A stretch of DNA of 63,492 nucleotides, counting the filler, from Kipferlia bialata (Eukaryota): the NCBI GenBank assembly GCA_003568945.1. It is 4 parts of 4 records of this genome, joined end to end, with 100 filler letters (N's around TTAATTAATTAA, not from the genome) between each part and the next. Parts side by side here need not be neighbours in the genome. Positions count along the whole stretch, not along the records: positions 1 to 19,637 come from BDIP01000411.1; positions 19,738 to 39,371 come from BDIP01000412.1; 2 more parts are not named here. One strand, 5' to 3'. Positions 14,385-28,800 of the stretch are shown here, piece after piece. How positions within the stretch are numbered: the stretch's first letter is position 1; each line of letters opens with the position of its first letter. Both the position numbers and the translations under genes were made by a program. Below the pieces are notes generated by a model that was given only the letters and a program-made list of their open reading frames with translations, had not been told where the DNA came from and ran no database searches.

Positions 14385-14415
<31 letters not shown>

Positions 14416-14626
14416 CCTCTCTCTCCCCCCCTACTCACCCCAGACCAACACCCTTGCTGTCGAGCTGAGCTACCACTTCAGCTGCATGATACAGACACTG
14501 CAGACAGTGGCAGGTAATGTGTATATATATACTGTATATGTACTGTATATATGTAGAGAGAGAGAGAGAGAGAGAGATGATACAGACACTGCAGACAGTG
14601 GCAGGTATTGAATATATATATATATT

Positions 14627-14662
<36 letters not shown>

Positions 14663-15274
14663 TATGATACAGACACTCCAGACAGTGGCAGGTGGGAAAG
14701 TGAACATATATGTTTTGATCTCTCTCTCTCTCTCTCTCTCTCTCTCCCCCCTTCTCACCCCCAGCCGATCTCATTGACAGTGCCCTTGACATTGTTGTAC
14801 TCTCTCTCTCTCTATATATATATATGTGTGTGTGTGTATGTTCACCTGATATATATGTGTGTATATATATCATCCTTCTCACCCCCAGCCGATCTCATTG
14901 ACATTGCCCTGGACATTGTTGTGCTGCTGGTCGGGGTGTCGGCACCTGCCGCTATGAGGGTGTGTGATACATACATCTATATGCATAGTATGTATATGTA
15001 TACTATACTTGTATAGTATGTATAGTTGAGTGTTCTGCTGGTCGGGGTGTCGGCACCTGCCGCAATGCGGGTAAGTCACATATATATCTATATGCACATA
15101 TAATTATGGACCAATGAGGGTACGGAATACTCCGCTTATTACGACACATTTCTTCAGGCCCCAGTGTTTATGTGCTCTTGACTCAACCTTCCTCCTTCTC
15201 TATCTCTCTCTATCTCCACAAACTCTCTCTCCTTCATCCCCAGGTCATCCGTTCTCTACTCTCTGACGACCCCT

Positions 15275-15309
<35 letters not shown>

Positions 15310-16588
15310 CCCCCCCCCTCTCACTCCCTGACAACAGGTCATCCGTTCCCTGCTCTCTGTCGACCCCACGTGTGTGAGAAGTGTCGTTGTTGGCCTTCTG
15401 GGCCATGCCGCGGCACTCAGGCTGGGGGGGGAGCCAAACGCACTCTCAGTCGCAGGTTTCTAACATCCACACATATATGTACACATAGACATATATACTA
15501 TATGAATATACTGAAGGCTGGGCGGGTCAAAGACCTCATTATGTATGTCTGCATGTGTGTATATTGAATTCTTATCCCTTGCCTGTCTCCTTGCCACCTG
15601 TTGTCATGAGGGGGAGACAATCTGTATACGCAATAATTACAGTATATCCAACATATACATATATGTGTGTGTGTGAGTGTTTCTGTATGCATCATATGTA
15701 TCTAACACCAGCCTGCCTTCTGGCCACGTGCTGCCATGAGGGAGACATATATACAGTGTATACAACATATATATGTGTATCTATAAGCATCATATATTCT
15801 TACCCCTAGCCTGCCTTCTGGCCACCTGTTGTCATGAGGGAGAGACAGGGAGAGAGAGAGAGACAGACTCCGTGTTTGTCAGGGCTGAGGGGGTGGACGA
15901 TAAGGTCTACGCAGCCATTGAGAGACAGGTATGTACCTATATATGTATATATATTGGTATATATATATATATTCTTCCATCTATAGTACATGTCCACTCT
16001 CTGTCTTTGTTTGCAGTATTCATCCTATTGGTACCTGGTAAAAGAGTATTCACATTCTAGTTCAGTTAATAGTAACAAATTTCTATCATACTTATACTGA
16101 TACCCATTATGTATCTAACACCTAGGTCTTTGCCAATGAGACGTCTCTGTCCATTTTGTAATAGTAGTATTAGTAATACGAAATGTATTTCAATGCTAAT
16201 AGCAGTATTGATAGTATATATCTATCACCTAGGTCTGGATATATTGATATTCCTTGCTATTAGTTCTAACCACCAGGTCTTTGCCGATGAGACCTCCCTG
16301 TCCTCCCTGTCCAGGGCCATCCTTCTCAAGGATAACCCAGAGGCTGAGGGGGAGGCAGAGGCAGAGGGAGAGGAGAACACTAGTGCACCCGCTCCACTCC
16401 CTAGGCTGTCATCCTCCAGTCAGGTACTCTCTCTCTCTCTCTCTCTTTGCATGTGTAGAAGAGTCTAAGCGCAGGATGACATTGCCTCTCTCCTTGAGGT
16501 TGCTGAGCACTATACCTGTGCATATATATACATATATTCTTCTATATATATATATATATATATTAGTCTAACCCCAGGATGACATTGC

Positions 16589-16641
<53 letters not shown>

Positions 16642-16732
16642 CCTCTCTCTCTCTACACCCTTAATATCAGGCCACTCAGCCCTGATGTCACAGCTCCTAT
16701 CCGCATTTGGCAAGAAGAGAGACTCGGAATGA
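14221..16732 (+). CDS. 3' part of a multi-exon, predicted alpha-helical hypothetical protein (5' end absent)
   Basis: Exons encode LLGRTVRVSSGTRAPILSDERFMVK / TNTLAVELSYHFSCMIQTLQTVA / DLIDIALDIVVLLVGVSAPAAMR / VIRSLLSVDP... / CLLATCCHEG...YAAIERQ / VFADETSLSSLSRAILLK... / HSALMSQLLSAFGKKRDSE*. The penultimate exon is unclear at a (CT)n tract. Confidence 0.65.
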
Positions 16733-16980
16733 ATATGTCATTGTGTGAAGATCCGATTGAGATGTGATTCTTCCCAGGAGCCTTGGCAAGTTGGTATAAT
16801 AGAGACAGAGTCACAATCGATAGTCTTCAGATATGTGTTGTTGTTGGGTCATATACTAATGAATTGAATGAACAACCAAAGTGTCGCACACTTTCATTAT
16901 TTCTGACCTGCACTTTCACGTCATACACTGTATAGTATACAGCATATACTATATGCAACTTTCACTTGTAAGTGTTGAAA

Positions 16981-19637
16981 ATGGCTCATACATACATGAG
17001 GGTATCACTATGGGATAGACTTGGCCAAGCAAGAAGCACTGTCCAAACCAAGTAGGCTCTATCCACCGGGACAAGCTACCGAATACACTACTCTAGCCTA
17101 GTGTGTGGAGTGACATTTCAAACATCCCTAAAAGACTTGGTGTCTACAGTCAGCAAGTGACGACAGATGGAAGAGGATTGTCAGCCACAGGTTGGTGGAA
17201 GACACAACATTCTTGTGGGGTCTGATGCTCCAAATGCAATGTCTAGACTGACAATACTTGCGTTACACTTCTGTATACAGGGCACATTGCATTTATAACC
17301 AAGTGTGTATGTTACACGGCAAGATGTTCAATCTAATACTAATCTCACGAGTATCTGTCAGTATTCCGTCAACTAACAGTAGGTCCCCCAGTCCCGTGTC
17401 CTAGAAGAAGAGTCCTCTGGTCAAGAAGATAATGTCTTAGATCCTCAAAATACCCCAAGCGTTCTTGCATTTACACTTGGCTTACAGGATACCTACGGTC
17501 AGATCGATCAACTGTACTATGCACACAAGGTATCCCCTATAACACGTTTCGGTGGCTTAGTAAAGCTATACACTTTTGCTTTCAGTGTTCTCAACGGATT
17601 CAGTTGCTTCCATTCAACCATCTAAGAAACAGCAGACTGCTGTGAATGGTGGGAGATCAGAGGCAGAGGACTCCAGAACAGCAACCACTTCAGCAGGTAA
17701 CTATTACATGGTGCGATCTATTACACATGCCTTCCCGTTACGAGTGTATACATGTGTATGCATATGCATATATAGATGTGGGTTCAAAAGAGTGTGTGTA
17801 TATAGGTGTACATAGTATTCTTTGTGTGTCAGTCAGCAAAATGGCAAGACTGAGGTATTACACGTGTTGGTATGATAGCAACCTAGAATCATGATATGTG
17901 GTGGATCATGACACCTTCAACCAGTACTACTCTAACGTCAGCTGCTCGTAGAGTCACACGCGGTCCCAAGGCGGATCTTGCATGTCCCCATTGTGACTAT
18001 AAGAGCGAAGACAAGAGTATGTGACACAAATAGTAGCTATCTGCAGTGGTGATATGTTTGTTAAACAGCAGTACGAATCCCCTTTCAGTATCAGAACCAT
18101 GTTGGTCTTTACTTGTTCAGTATCTATGTTGGGATCCTATCATAGGAGTTCTATTTGGAACTCGTGTCCCAACAGTCAGTTTCCTGTCTGATTTGTGAAT
18201 AGAGCTATGATTGTTGACATAGTCTAAGAACACCAGTACATTCGTGATTTTGGTTTCTGATGCCAGGCCATATGGCCCGACACATCCGTACACACACTGG
18301 TGAGAAGCCCTTCCCATGTCCACATTGCACGAAGCGGTTTAGAGACAAGAGAGCTCGCAAAGTACACATCGAGTCCATGCACCTTGGCATCAGGTGGCAG
18401 TGTCCATGCTGTGACAGGTGGTTTTGAATTTCTACCAGAAGCATACTATAGTAGGACTTGACTATTTTCCATTTCACGTGGCGTAGCTGCTATATTATAT
18501 ATCATGTGGGGTGCTTTAATGAGTATGTCATGTTGGGTGATATATTAAGCATGGAAGATGCACTATCAGGAATGTATGCTAGTGTTGATGAGATACTGCG
18601 CTACAATAAGATATCCCAAAGCTATATAATCTCTCCGGTTGACTGTAGGTCATACAGCCTAAAGTGTTCCTGCTGCAAGCATATGGAGAAGTGGCATCCT
18701 CTGATAGACAGAGCTGAACAGGTGTTTTCTAGCTCCCTACTCCGTTCGCTTTATTACTATATTTGTACATAACAAACTCTTTGGGTGACAGACTTTGTGA
18801 GTACATATGTTACCAACTTTAGTCAATATTACACTGGGTATTCATGTGATGCCCTGAAGCATCCTCTATAACCATAGGTCAATCATCCCATTAGATTGCA
18901 ACTTGAGAGAACTAGTGAGAGTGTAGGCCAAGACAGGGCTCAAGAGGTAAGCAGTACAATACTAGCAGTGACTGAGATATATCCATGTTCCATATTCCAT
19001 TTGAATTATCACCTGAGATTGTGCCAAAACGCTATCTATGTACTGACACTGAGACTCTTTGAGTTTTCTAATCATAAGTCCGTGGCGGGGAGAGTCATAC
19101 AAGACATCCGTAAGACTGGGTTTTGGTGTGATACTGCTACAATTACCTCAATGATAACCACAGGCCAATCAACCCACTAGACTACACGATGAGAGACCAA
19201 GAGAGAGTGCAATCCAAAACGTTTCTCAGGAGGTATGACCTACAATACTTAGCAAGTGCCACTTACAGTGAAAGCCGTAAGTCCATGTTTCAGATAACTG
19301 TCAATTATGATACATGGAATCATAATTCTAATGTACTGGACGCCCACCTCCTAGCAATATAGTTTGGCAGTTCTAAAATAGCGTAAGTATTCACTGTCGC
19401 TTACAGTGTTCTCTTAACGCACTGAGTTGCTTCCATTGACAGTCTATCCAACACCAGACTGCTGTAAATGGTGGTACAGTAGTGGCAGAGGAGTCAACAA
19501 CAGTGAACACTGCAGGTAAACTATCACGTGGTGCGATCTTTCACACAGTCTTTCCCCTACGAGTCTATGAATGTGTATGCATAAGTGGGTTCAAAAGAAT
19601 ATGTGTATGTGTGTAAAGAGGTATGTATATATATTTG
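16981..19637 (+). CDS. C2H2 zinc-finger protein (about 3 fingers, TGEKP linker); runs off the contig end
   Basis: The spliced translation reads CPHCDYKSEDK|.HMARHIRTHTGEKPFPCPHCTKRFRDKRARKVHIESMHLGIRWQCPCCDR|SYSLKCSCCKHMEKWH (17985-18721). A likely start is MAHTYMRVSLW at 16981, with a phase-compatible second exon. Confidence 0.8.
17598..19612 (+). repeat. Diverged direct duplication of an exon plus its following intron (about 17598-17805 versus 19423-19612)
   Basis: Shared blocks are agttgcttccatt, cagactgctgt.aatggtgg, ggcagagga.tc, gcaggtaa, tggtgcgatct, tacgagt.tat and gtgggttcaaaaga. Confidence 0.8.
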
Positions 19638-19737
19638 NNNNNNNNNNNNNNNNNNNNNNNNNNNNNNNNNNNNNNNNNNNNTTAATTAATTAANNNNNNN
19701 NNNNNNNNNNNNNNNNNNNNNNNNNNNNNNNNNNNNN
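19638..19737. other. Artificial contig linker
   Basis: N run, TTAATTAATTAA (stops in all six frames), N run; 100 nt in total. Confidence 0.97.
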
Positions 19738-19838
19738 CCCTTTTTTTAAGTTTTGCCCCCCCCCCCCCCCCCCACCCGCAGATATTCTCTCTCTGTCTCC
19801 CCCCCTCCTTACTCTGGGATCTCTCTCTCTCTCTATGT

Positions 19839-19882
<44 letters not shown>

Positions 19883-19997
19883 CCTCTCTTCTTCCCTTCC
19901 TTACCCCCAGGCACAGTGGCACTCTGGCTGGGCCAGAGTCTACTATTGTGGATTGTCTCTCTCTCTCTCTCTCTCTCCCCCCCCTTCTTACCCCTAG

Positions 19998-20191
19998 ATA
20001 CAGTGGTACTCTGGCTGGGCCAGATGGAATGACATTTGAACTGCACAGGTGAGGATTAACTGTATCCTCCGTTCTTTGTTTCATATATGCCCAGCCTGCC
20101 ATTCATTTCCATGGACGTCCAGAGTGGCTCAGCCCAAAACATCTAGAGCCCCCCCTCTCTTATCACTCTCTCTCTCTCTCTCAGTCTCTCA

Positions 20192-20223
<32 letters not shown>

Positions 20224-20309
20224 GTGTGTGTGTGTGTAATATCATATATGTATATATCTATATCTCTCCCTGTATGTCTTACCGCAGTGGCTCTGCCCAA
20301 GACATTCAG

Positions 20310-20352
<43 letters not shown>

Positions 20353-21286
20353 GTATATACATATATATCCAGAAATATTACTTATACCAGCGGCTCTGCC
20401 CAGGACATCCAGCGACGCTTCAGACTGCTCGACAGCACATTCCACAGGTATGGGTATATATTTATATATATACTCCCACACATATGTATATATGTTTGTA
20501 TATGTATGTACTATATGTGTATGTAGTACATATTGTCAAGCTTATATGTGTATATGCACTGACCCCAGGTCCCAGCGCCACCCCGGTGTGCTCTATGCCC
20601 CCGTGGCAGAGGTCGATGACAAGGGTATGTGTATATACAGTATATAATATATTTGTGTACATATATGTGTGAGGGTGTGTATATATGAGTGTACACCGGT
20701 GTGCTCTATGCTACAGTGGCAAAGGTGGATGACAAGGGTGGGGAGAGGTGTATGTAGTATGCTATTTAAGAGTACACTGGTTTCATCCTCTCTTCAGCCC
20801 CCTCTCTCTTTATATGACTATATATAAATGTATCTGAATATATCTGAATACATTTGTTGACTCTAGGCTCCCAGCTAGACCCAGAGACCCTCATCCTCTC
20901 TCTCTCTCTATATGTATAATATATATGTATATTGTTTGTAATTTGTAACACCAGGCTCCCAGCTTGACCCCGAGACCCTCATCCTCTCTCTCCTTTTTGT
21001 TTCTCTCTTTCTCTATATATATATGTAGAGAGTCTGTATTATATAACATCAGGCTCCCAGCTAGACCCCGAGACCCTCATCCTCTCTCCCTCTTTCTGTC
21101 TCTCTCTATATGTATATTGTTTGTAATTTGTAACACAAGGTTCCCAGCTTGACCCCGAGACCCTCATCCTCCTACCCTCTGCTAATCTGTGCGACACAGT
21201 GCTATCCACGTTCGGGAGGTACGAATGGAGTGTTACTAGATAGATAATGGATACTTGTAGATAGATAATGGATACTTATACATCTT

Positions 21287-21317
<31 letters not shown>

Positions 21318-24300
21318 TTTTAGATATTGATGAATGTATCTATCACTCTATACCTGTGAATTGTTCTTACACTGACCCCAGGCGTGTTGTGTGGCCCCCC
21401 CGTGTCATCTTCTGTGTGTCCAAGATGTGTGTGCCGGAGCTGGCACTGAAGGTATGAGTATTCGGACATACACGTGAAGGTATTGTACATTAGTATGGAT
21501 ACTTGCGTGCATTAGTACTGTGCTTACCCTAGGAGCTAGCCGAGACTGGCCGTCTTGCACCGTCTGATGAGTTGTGGACTGGCCTATCGACATCACTACC
21601 CGCAGCAAGGTATCAGAATTGTATAGTTATATTGTATTCGTTTGTAGTGATTATATTTGACATATAGTTCAAACAGTGTCGAGTAATTGTTAGGATGACC
21701 CGCATACAGTCTCTCTCCCTCGCTCTCTGGCGGTCGCTTCTTAGATATAAGTATGTATATATACCTCTCTGATGCATCAGGATGACCCACATTCTGAGTG
21801 TGCTGGCACAATGCAGGAAGGACAGGGTCAAGGGTGAGTGGATTGATATCGATATTTACCCATATGTACATCATATATGTGTATGTACATATATATTTCT
21901 ATATATACTGAGTGTGCTGGCCCAGTGCAGAAAGGACAGGGTCAAGGGTGAGTGGATAGATATCCATATGTACACTATATGGATACACTGCATATGTGTA
22001 TTTATGTACTATGCCTCTAACAATTCAGGCAGGGACAACGAGAGAGAGAAGGACAGGGAGGCTGATGTATATATATGTATATATGTGTATATATATACTA
22101 TATATATGCTCTATGTGTGTATGTTTGCAACTTCTAACACCCTAGGCCGTGACAAGGAGAGAGAGAAGGACAGGGAGGCCAGTGAGACCAGACTCCATAA
22201 CATGACACACTTCATCAGTCAGCTGATACTCGAGACAAAGCCCAGGGGGGAGGTATGTGTGTATGTACTACTGATACAGTAGTATCTTTGTATGTATGAT
22301 TCGAGCCGTCTCTCTCTCTCTCTCAATCTATGTATATATATATATGCCCTTACCCCCAGATTATGCAGGCTGCCATTCCATGCCTTTGTCTCTCTCTCTC
22401 CCTCTCTCTCTCTCTCTCTGTATATGTATATACCTCTACCTCACCCCCAGATGATGCAGGCTGCCATCTCTGCCTTCACCTCCACCGAGTTACAGACACT
22501 GGTGCAGGGGGGAGGGGAGCTGGGAACAGTAGTTGCACTGAAGGTATATACAGTGTACCATAGAAGACGTGTTTACATATACAGTGTGCCATATTTGATG
22601 TGTATACCATATATACTAACTCTCAGGTTGCCAGTTCAGGCTCCTCCTTTGTGGTGCCCCACATCATACGGTATGGTGGTAGTATAGTACATTCACATAT
22701 ATATATATATGTATATGTGTGTATATACACATAACTCTATGACTAGCCTGGTCCTGCTTTGTGGTGCCCCCCATCATACGGTATATAGTGAATAGAATAC
22801 ATGGAGGAGTTTGTATATACACTTCTAACTCTAGTATCCTTGCTCAGCCCCCCTCTCTGTCTCTGCTGGAGGCAGGGCTGGAGGCACTCATCCTCTACCT
22901 AGAGGCCACACACGTGGAAGGGGGTAGGGAGAAGGAGAGAGAGAGAGAGAAGGAGAGAGAGAAGGCTGATGGTGAGGAGGGTGTGGATGCGGAGGCTGAC
23001 CCTGAACAGGCGGAGAGGGAGAGGGAGAGAGAGGCAGAGAGAGAGGCAGAGAGAGAGAGGGAGAGAGAGACTGAGAGGTGTCACGATGCTCTAGGTACAT
23101 GCCACTCTGTATTCTTGTATATGTAGTGTATATGAATATGGTGGGTATCCAATGGTATACTAACCCCAGGCACTGCCCTCCAGGCTGCCGCACTGTGCTC
23201 ACTGGCATGGGGCGGGAAGGTATACATTCCATCCACAGTGTAGTTTTGATGTACTACAACCCAAGGACTCCACCCTGTCGTATCAAGTCCAGAATTAGGT
23301 CCCTATAGCATATTTGGTATATAGAGTGTATCTCACCATAGGACTCCACCCCCTGCCGCATCCGGTCCATGATAGGTGACTGTGGCAGACTGCTGCTGCC
23401 TAGCCACTGGGTGTCATGCCTAGTAGGGGGAGGGCATGATCATCAGGTATAGTGTATAGTATGTGTGTATACACATATACACATAGTATGTGTACTATAT
23501 AATATACCCTAGCCACTGGGTGGCATGACTATCAGGTATGATTAGTGTGTAGAGCATATGTGGTGTAAGTGTATTATATATACTAATCACCAGGTCCTGC
23601 TGTCCCTTGTGTGTGCCCACTCGTCCAACACCCACCACCCCACATCGCCCATAGGGGCACTGGCAGTCAGGTATGCATGTATTGGAATATATATTTATGT
23701 ATAAATATTGTATATACTGAGATGAAGAATACATAGATCTCTCACCCTCCAGGGCATACCTGGGTGCTGTCCATGCCGGACTGAGAGTCTCTCTATCTCT
23801 CTCTACTCATATACATATGAATGTATGTGTATATATATCTCACCCCCTAGGGCATACCTGGGTACAGTACATGCCAGTCTCTCTCTCTCCCTCAGGATCA
23901 TTGGATATCTCTCTCTCTCCCTTACCTTCTAGGGCATACCTGGGCGCTGTCCATGCCGGTGTGAGTGACGCCCTGTCAGTTGCACCCCTGGTGGCACCAT
24001 GCCACAACCCCATGAGCAGCAGCAGGTACTGTGTATGTATTCAGTGTATATGTAGTGTACCAGTATCAGTATCAATAATGCCACAACCCAATCCAATGAG
24101 TAGCAGCAGGAACATGGTATATGTATATTTGCAGTGTATAACTAGTGTATAGATATATGAGTAATACATTAGAAACATGTGTATATACAGTCTTCTTACC
24201 CTAGATCTGGGCACAGGGATAGGCAGAGGGCAGCCAAGGCACGGGCACTGATTGGCAAGATAGTGCGGTCCACACAGCCCCTACTGTCAGACACAATGCC

Positions 24301-25841
24301 ATCTAGGGAGGATAAGAGGGGGAGGTATATATATAGAATATTGTATATACTTAGTATATAGTATACCATACCCTGCTGTCTGTCCCCTCTGCGCATTGGG
24401 TGTATCATCTCTCTCTCTATATATATATATGTCCAGTGCTTCTAACCCTAGCAGCCGTCTGTCTCCCTTGAGAAGTGTGTCACCCATATCTCTCNNNNNN
24501 NNNNNNNNNNNNNNNNNNNNNNNNNNNNNNNNNNNNNNNNNNNNNNNNNNNNNNNNNTCTCCTTCTATATATCTATTGTTTCTAACCCTAGCACCCGTCT
24601 GTCTCCCTTGAGGAGTGGGTCTCCCATTCTTGGCAGGGACAGGGAGAGGGAGAGAGAAAGAGAGGAGGCAGCGCAGCCAACAGTCAGGGAGAGGGAGAGA
24701 GACAGGGAGAGAGAGGAGCTGAGGGCGGCATTCATCACACTCGGCAAGGTGTATTAACGTGTTAACGTATTAATATGTATATATGTTGACTCCTTACTCA
24801 CCCCCAGGACCTAGACCCTGTCTCTGGTACCCTCCTCACCCTCTGTGCAGACAGGATAGGTACCTACTTATCATCTGGAGATACTTGATACTTATTACAG
24901 TTTTTGACAGGATAGGTATTTTTACTCTTAATATTGCTCTGCTGTGCTATAGTCTAGATAATAAATAAATTACTAATAACTAGGTAGCTACGCCACCGAT
25001 ATCTCGTGTGGCCTGTCCTCCCTCCAAGCACTGGAGGCACTGTACCTGAGAGGACACTCCACACTGGCAGAGCTCATGCTGGAGGTATAATGCAAACATT
25101 TACCTACATATATACATATATATATATATATATCCCTCGACCTGTCTGACCCATACCGTACATACATTGCAGATATATGTTAGTGTATATACACACACCA
25201 CTATCCACTGACTTCAGGAACAGTCATATATATAGTATATATTACAGAGTATATAGTATATATAGTATATATAGTATACATAGTATATAGGGTATACACA
25301 CCACTATCCACTGACTTCAGGTCCTGCTCCGCGAGTCCCTTGATCTGTCTGACCCATCCATCAGAGTAGCACACACGGCTAGGCAGCTGGTGAAGCTGTT
25401 GAGGTATATAGACGTATCTACTTATACATATTGCACATAGATGGTTGTAGATATATGTGTTATTGCATTGTCAGAGTGGTACACACGGTTAGACGGCTGG
25501 TCAAGCTACTAAGGTATACATAAGCACATATTAACAGTTACTTATTAGTGTGTGTCTCACTCCCAGGCTGTGTGGCACCATGGTGGCCAGATGGGCTGCA
25601 TGCACAGACACAGGGGGGCTCAGGTGTAGAGTATGTGTATAGTAAATACAAAGATTATGTATATATAGATAGAGAGAGAGAGGGGGGGGGGGAAGTGTGC
25701 TGCATGCACAGACACAGGGGGACTCAGGTATGGTGTATAATGAATATATACACACACATATATATATAAGTGTGTGTGTGTACCCTGTACTTACATATAT
25801 ATATTGTTACATTTGCTTCCCCCAGTGTCTTCCTGAAGACG

Positions 25842-25880
<39 letters not shown>

Positions 25881-28800
25881 AACAGTCCGTGTCTTCCTGT
25901 CTGCCATCACCTCCTGTACCACATCCCCCTCTCCCTCCCCTCTCTCTATACATATATATGTAGTTAGTACCTATCTTACCCCAGTGTCTTCCTGTCTGCC
26001 ATCACCTCTCTGTACCACATCTCTCTCTCCCTCCCCTCTCTCTACATATATATGTATTAGTACCTAACTCCAGTGTCTTCCTGTCTGCCATCACCTCCCT
26101 CTACGATAGGTGGCTCAGGGCACGCATCCTCATAGACTGCGTGGACAGACCGTATAGGTGGGTATATATACATACAAATATATACATAAATAATACTGTA
26201 TATATATATATAAATACTAGTGTCTCAGGACACGCATCCTCATAGACTGCGTGGACAGACCATACAGGTGGGTATACAAATGCACTATACATATATAGGT
26301 GTACATGTAATTCCTCATAATTGAGTAGATTATTGAGAAGATTGTATTATACTATCTGTATACGTACTAACACTAGGGGCGAGCTCTGTGAGGTGTCTGC
26401 CTCTGAGGATATAGCTATATATATACATACATATATGTGTATATGTGTACTCTCCCTCTCTCTATATATACTAACACTAGGGGTGAGCTGTGCGAGGTGT
26501 CTGCCTCTGAGGAGATCATGCTGGACTCACTCTGTCAGGCATGCGTCACGGTGCAGGTATCTAGACGTATATGGTAAATAGTATAGTATATATATATATA
26601 TATTCATAGATATATATATATATGTTGGACTCACTCTGTCAGGCATGCGTCACGGTGCAGGTACAGTGATATATATATAGAGTTTCTATTGCATATTATA
26701 TATGTAGAGGCATAGTAGACAGAGAGAGAGAATCATGGACTCACTGTGCCAGGCATGCGTCACGGTGCAGGTACTTAGACATATATGTATTAATATGGTG
26801 TGTACATATGATCGTATATTGATACATAGTATGTTGCCCTCACCCCAGGACCCTATCCTGTATCCTCTATCTATCTAGTGGTTGCATATACTCTATCTGA
26901 CGCTCTAGGACCCCGCCTTGTCCTGTGTGCATCTGGCCCTGGGGTTCCCAAACCCATTCATGGCACAGCCGAGGTATCTATTTGTATCATATATGAATAA
27001 GGTTATGCTACAGAATGTATGGATATTTCTGTATATTTCATGGCACAGCCCAGGTATGTATGTGTATCTAGAATATCTAGTAAACATATTTATACATACA
27101 TTATGCATGTTCAATGTACAATGTATAGATCATTCATGGCACAGCCCAGGTATGTACTTTTTTGTACAGTATCGACAGAGTTCAAGAAAGTATAGTGCCT
27201 GCAACCCCTCTCACCCCTTAGCATTGCCGCTGACACCGCCCTGTCCATATACAATCTCTCTCTCTCTCTCTGTGTTGGTCTCTCTCTTTCTTGCTCTCTT
27301 ACCCTCAGCATTGCGGCTGACACCGCCCTGTCCATAGCCCCCTGTTTCACAACATCATTGTCCTCAGTGAGTGTGGGGGACGATACCACAACAGGTGTGT
27401 TTGTATATATAGTATATTACCTGCTATATACACACACGTGCTCGCTCACCCCCTAGGCCTGCTCCGTGGGTCCATATACTTCAATACACATAATATGTAC
27501 ATTCTATATATCATCTTACCCTAGGCCTGCTGAGCGGGTCCAACATAGCTAGGTACCAGTGGCTAGCAGGTGTGCGTAGCAAGAGGGTCAGAGACTTGGA
27601 GCTAGAGTGTGCCGCAGAGACAGAGAGAGAGAAGGCACCGGAGTCCAGGGCTGGGAAGGCTAGGTGTGTATATGAACATATGTTCATATATATGTGTTAT
27701 GTTCATCTGGATAGAGAGAGAGAGATTGAGAGAGAGATGACAGAGAGGGAGATAGTACAGCTTACTGTGGTATCTTTGCACTGACCTGCGGTCTGAAGGG
27801 ATAAACGGTAATAATACTTCCTATCACACTCTCTCTGTATATGGTATATATGTATACATATATGTACTATTCTCACCCCCAGTCTGAAGGCCAGGGACAA
27901 GGAGAGGGAGAGGGAGAGAGAGAGACCCGGGTCAAGCAGTGGAGACAGGGCCAAGGAGAGACAGGTGGGTGTACCAAATTTACTGTATCCTATACTCTCT
28001 CTACCAATGGTAGATTTTCAGTGTCTCATACCCAGGATGAGAGAGAGAGAGATGCGTCCCTCATGCAGTTATACACACATACTGAATATACCTATGCATA
28101 TATATATACCTATATGTATTCCATAGTATGTCACTCTGATACCCAGGATGAGCGGGATAGAGATGCCTCCCTCATGCAGTGTCTGGCCGATGCCCTGGGG
28201 GGCATGCTCAGTGTGCCCATCATAGGTATATACTGTACTATATTCATTGTACATGTATAGTATATATATATATACCTATGGTATATCTTTACGATGCCCT
28301 GGGGGGTATGCTCAGTGTGCCTATAATATGTAGTGTACCATGTATATGGCGGTGTTTTTATATACTGTATGTGTTATACAGTGTATTTATGGATATGTAT
28401 ATATTGGAATACCCCCCACCCCCAGGTGTGCAGAGACGTGCTGCTGAGCTACTGGCAGACATGGGCCTGGAGAGGTATTTGTTATTGACCTCACTATATA
28501 TATATATATCAGTGTATTGATATATTCCATACCATTCACTATTTGCACTTCTCTGACCCTCTAGGTACCGTGGTCTGTTTGGTCTTAGGACTGACTACAT
28601 GTCTCCTTATAAATGTGTGTGTCTATATATACTTACAATTGTGCACATACCATTTGTACGTCTCTCACCATCTAGGTACCGTGGTCTGTTTGGCCTCAGG
28701 ACTGACTACATGTCTGCCCTGATTGGCCAGATAGACAGGGAGGGGCTGGGGATAGTGGACGAGGATGCAGGTGAGTTACATATATATACGTGGGTTTATA

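Noticed and set aside
19638..19737. TTAATTAATTAA palindrome between N runs (also at 39.4 kb and 59.1 kb)
   Set aside because: It is an artificial six-frame-stop linker. Contig lengths of 19637, 19634 and 19630 suggest size-sorted concatenation, so cross-linker gene neighbourhoods are meaningless.
19998..20625. Possible PX domain (IQRRFRLLDSTF...HPGVLYAP)
   Set aside because: The resemblance is weak and the N-terminus is truncated, so it cannot be supported without a profile search.
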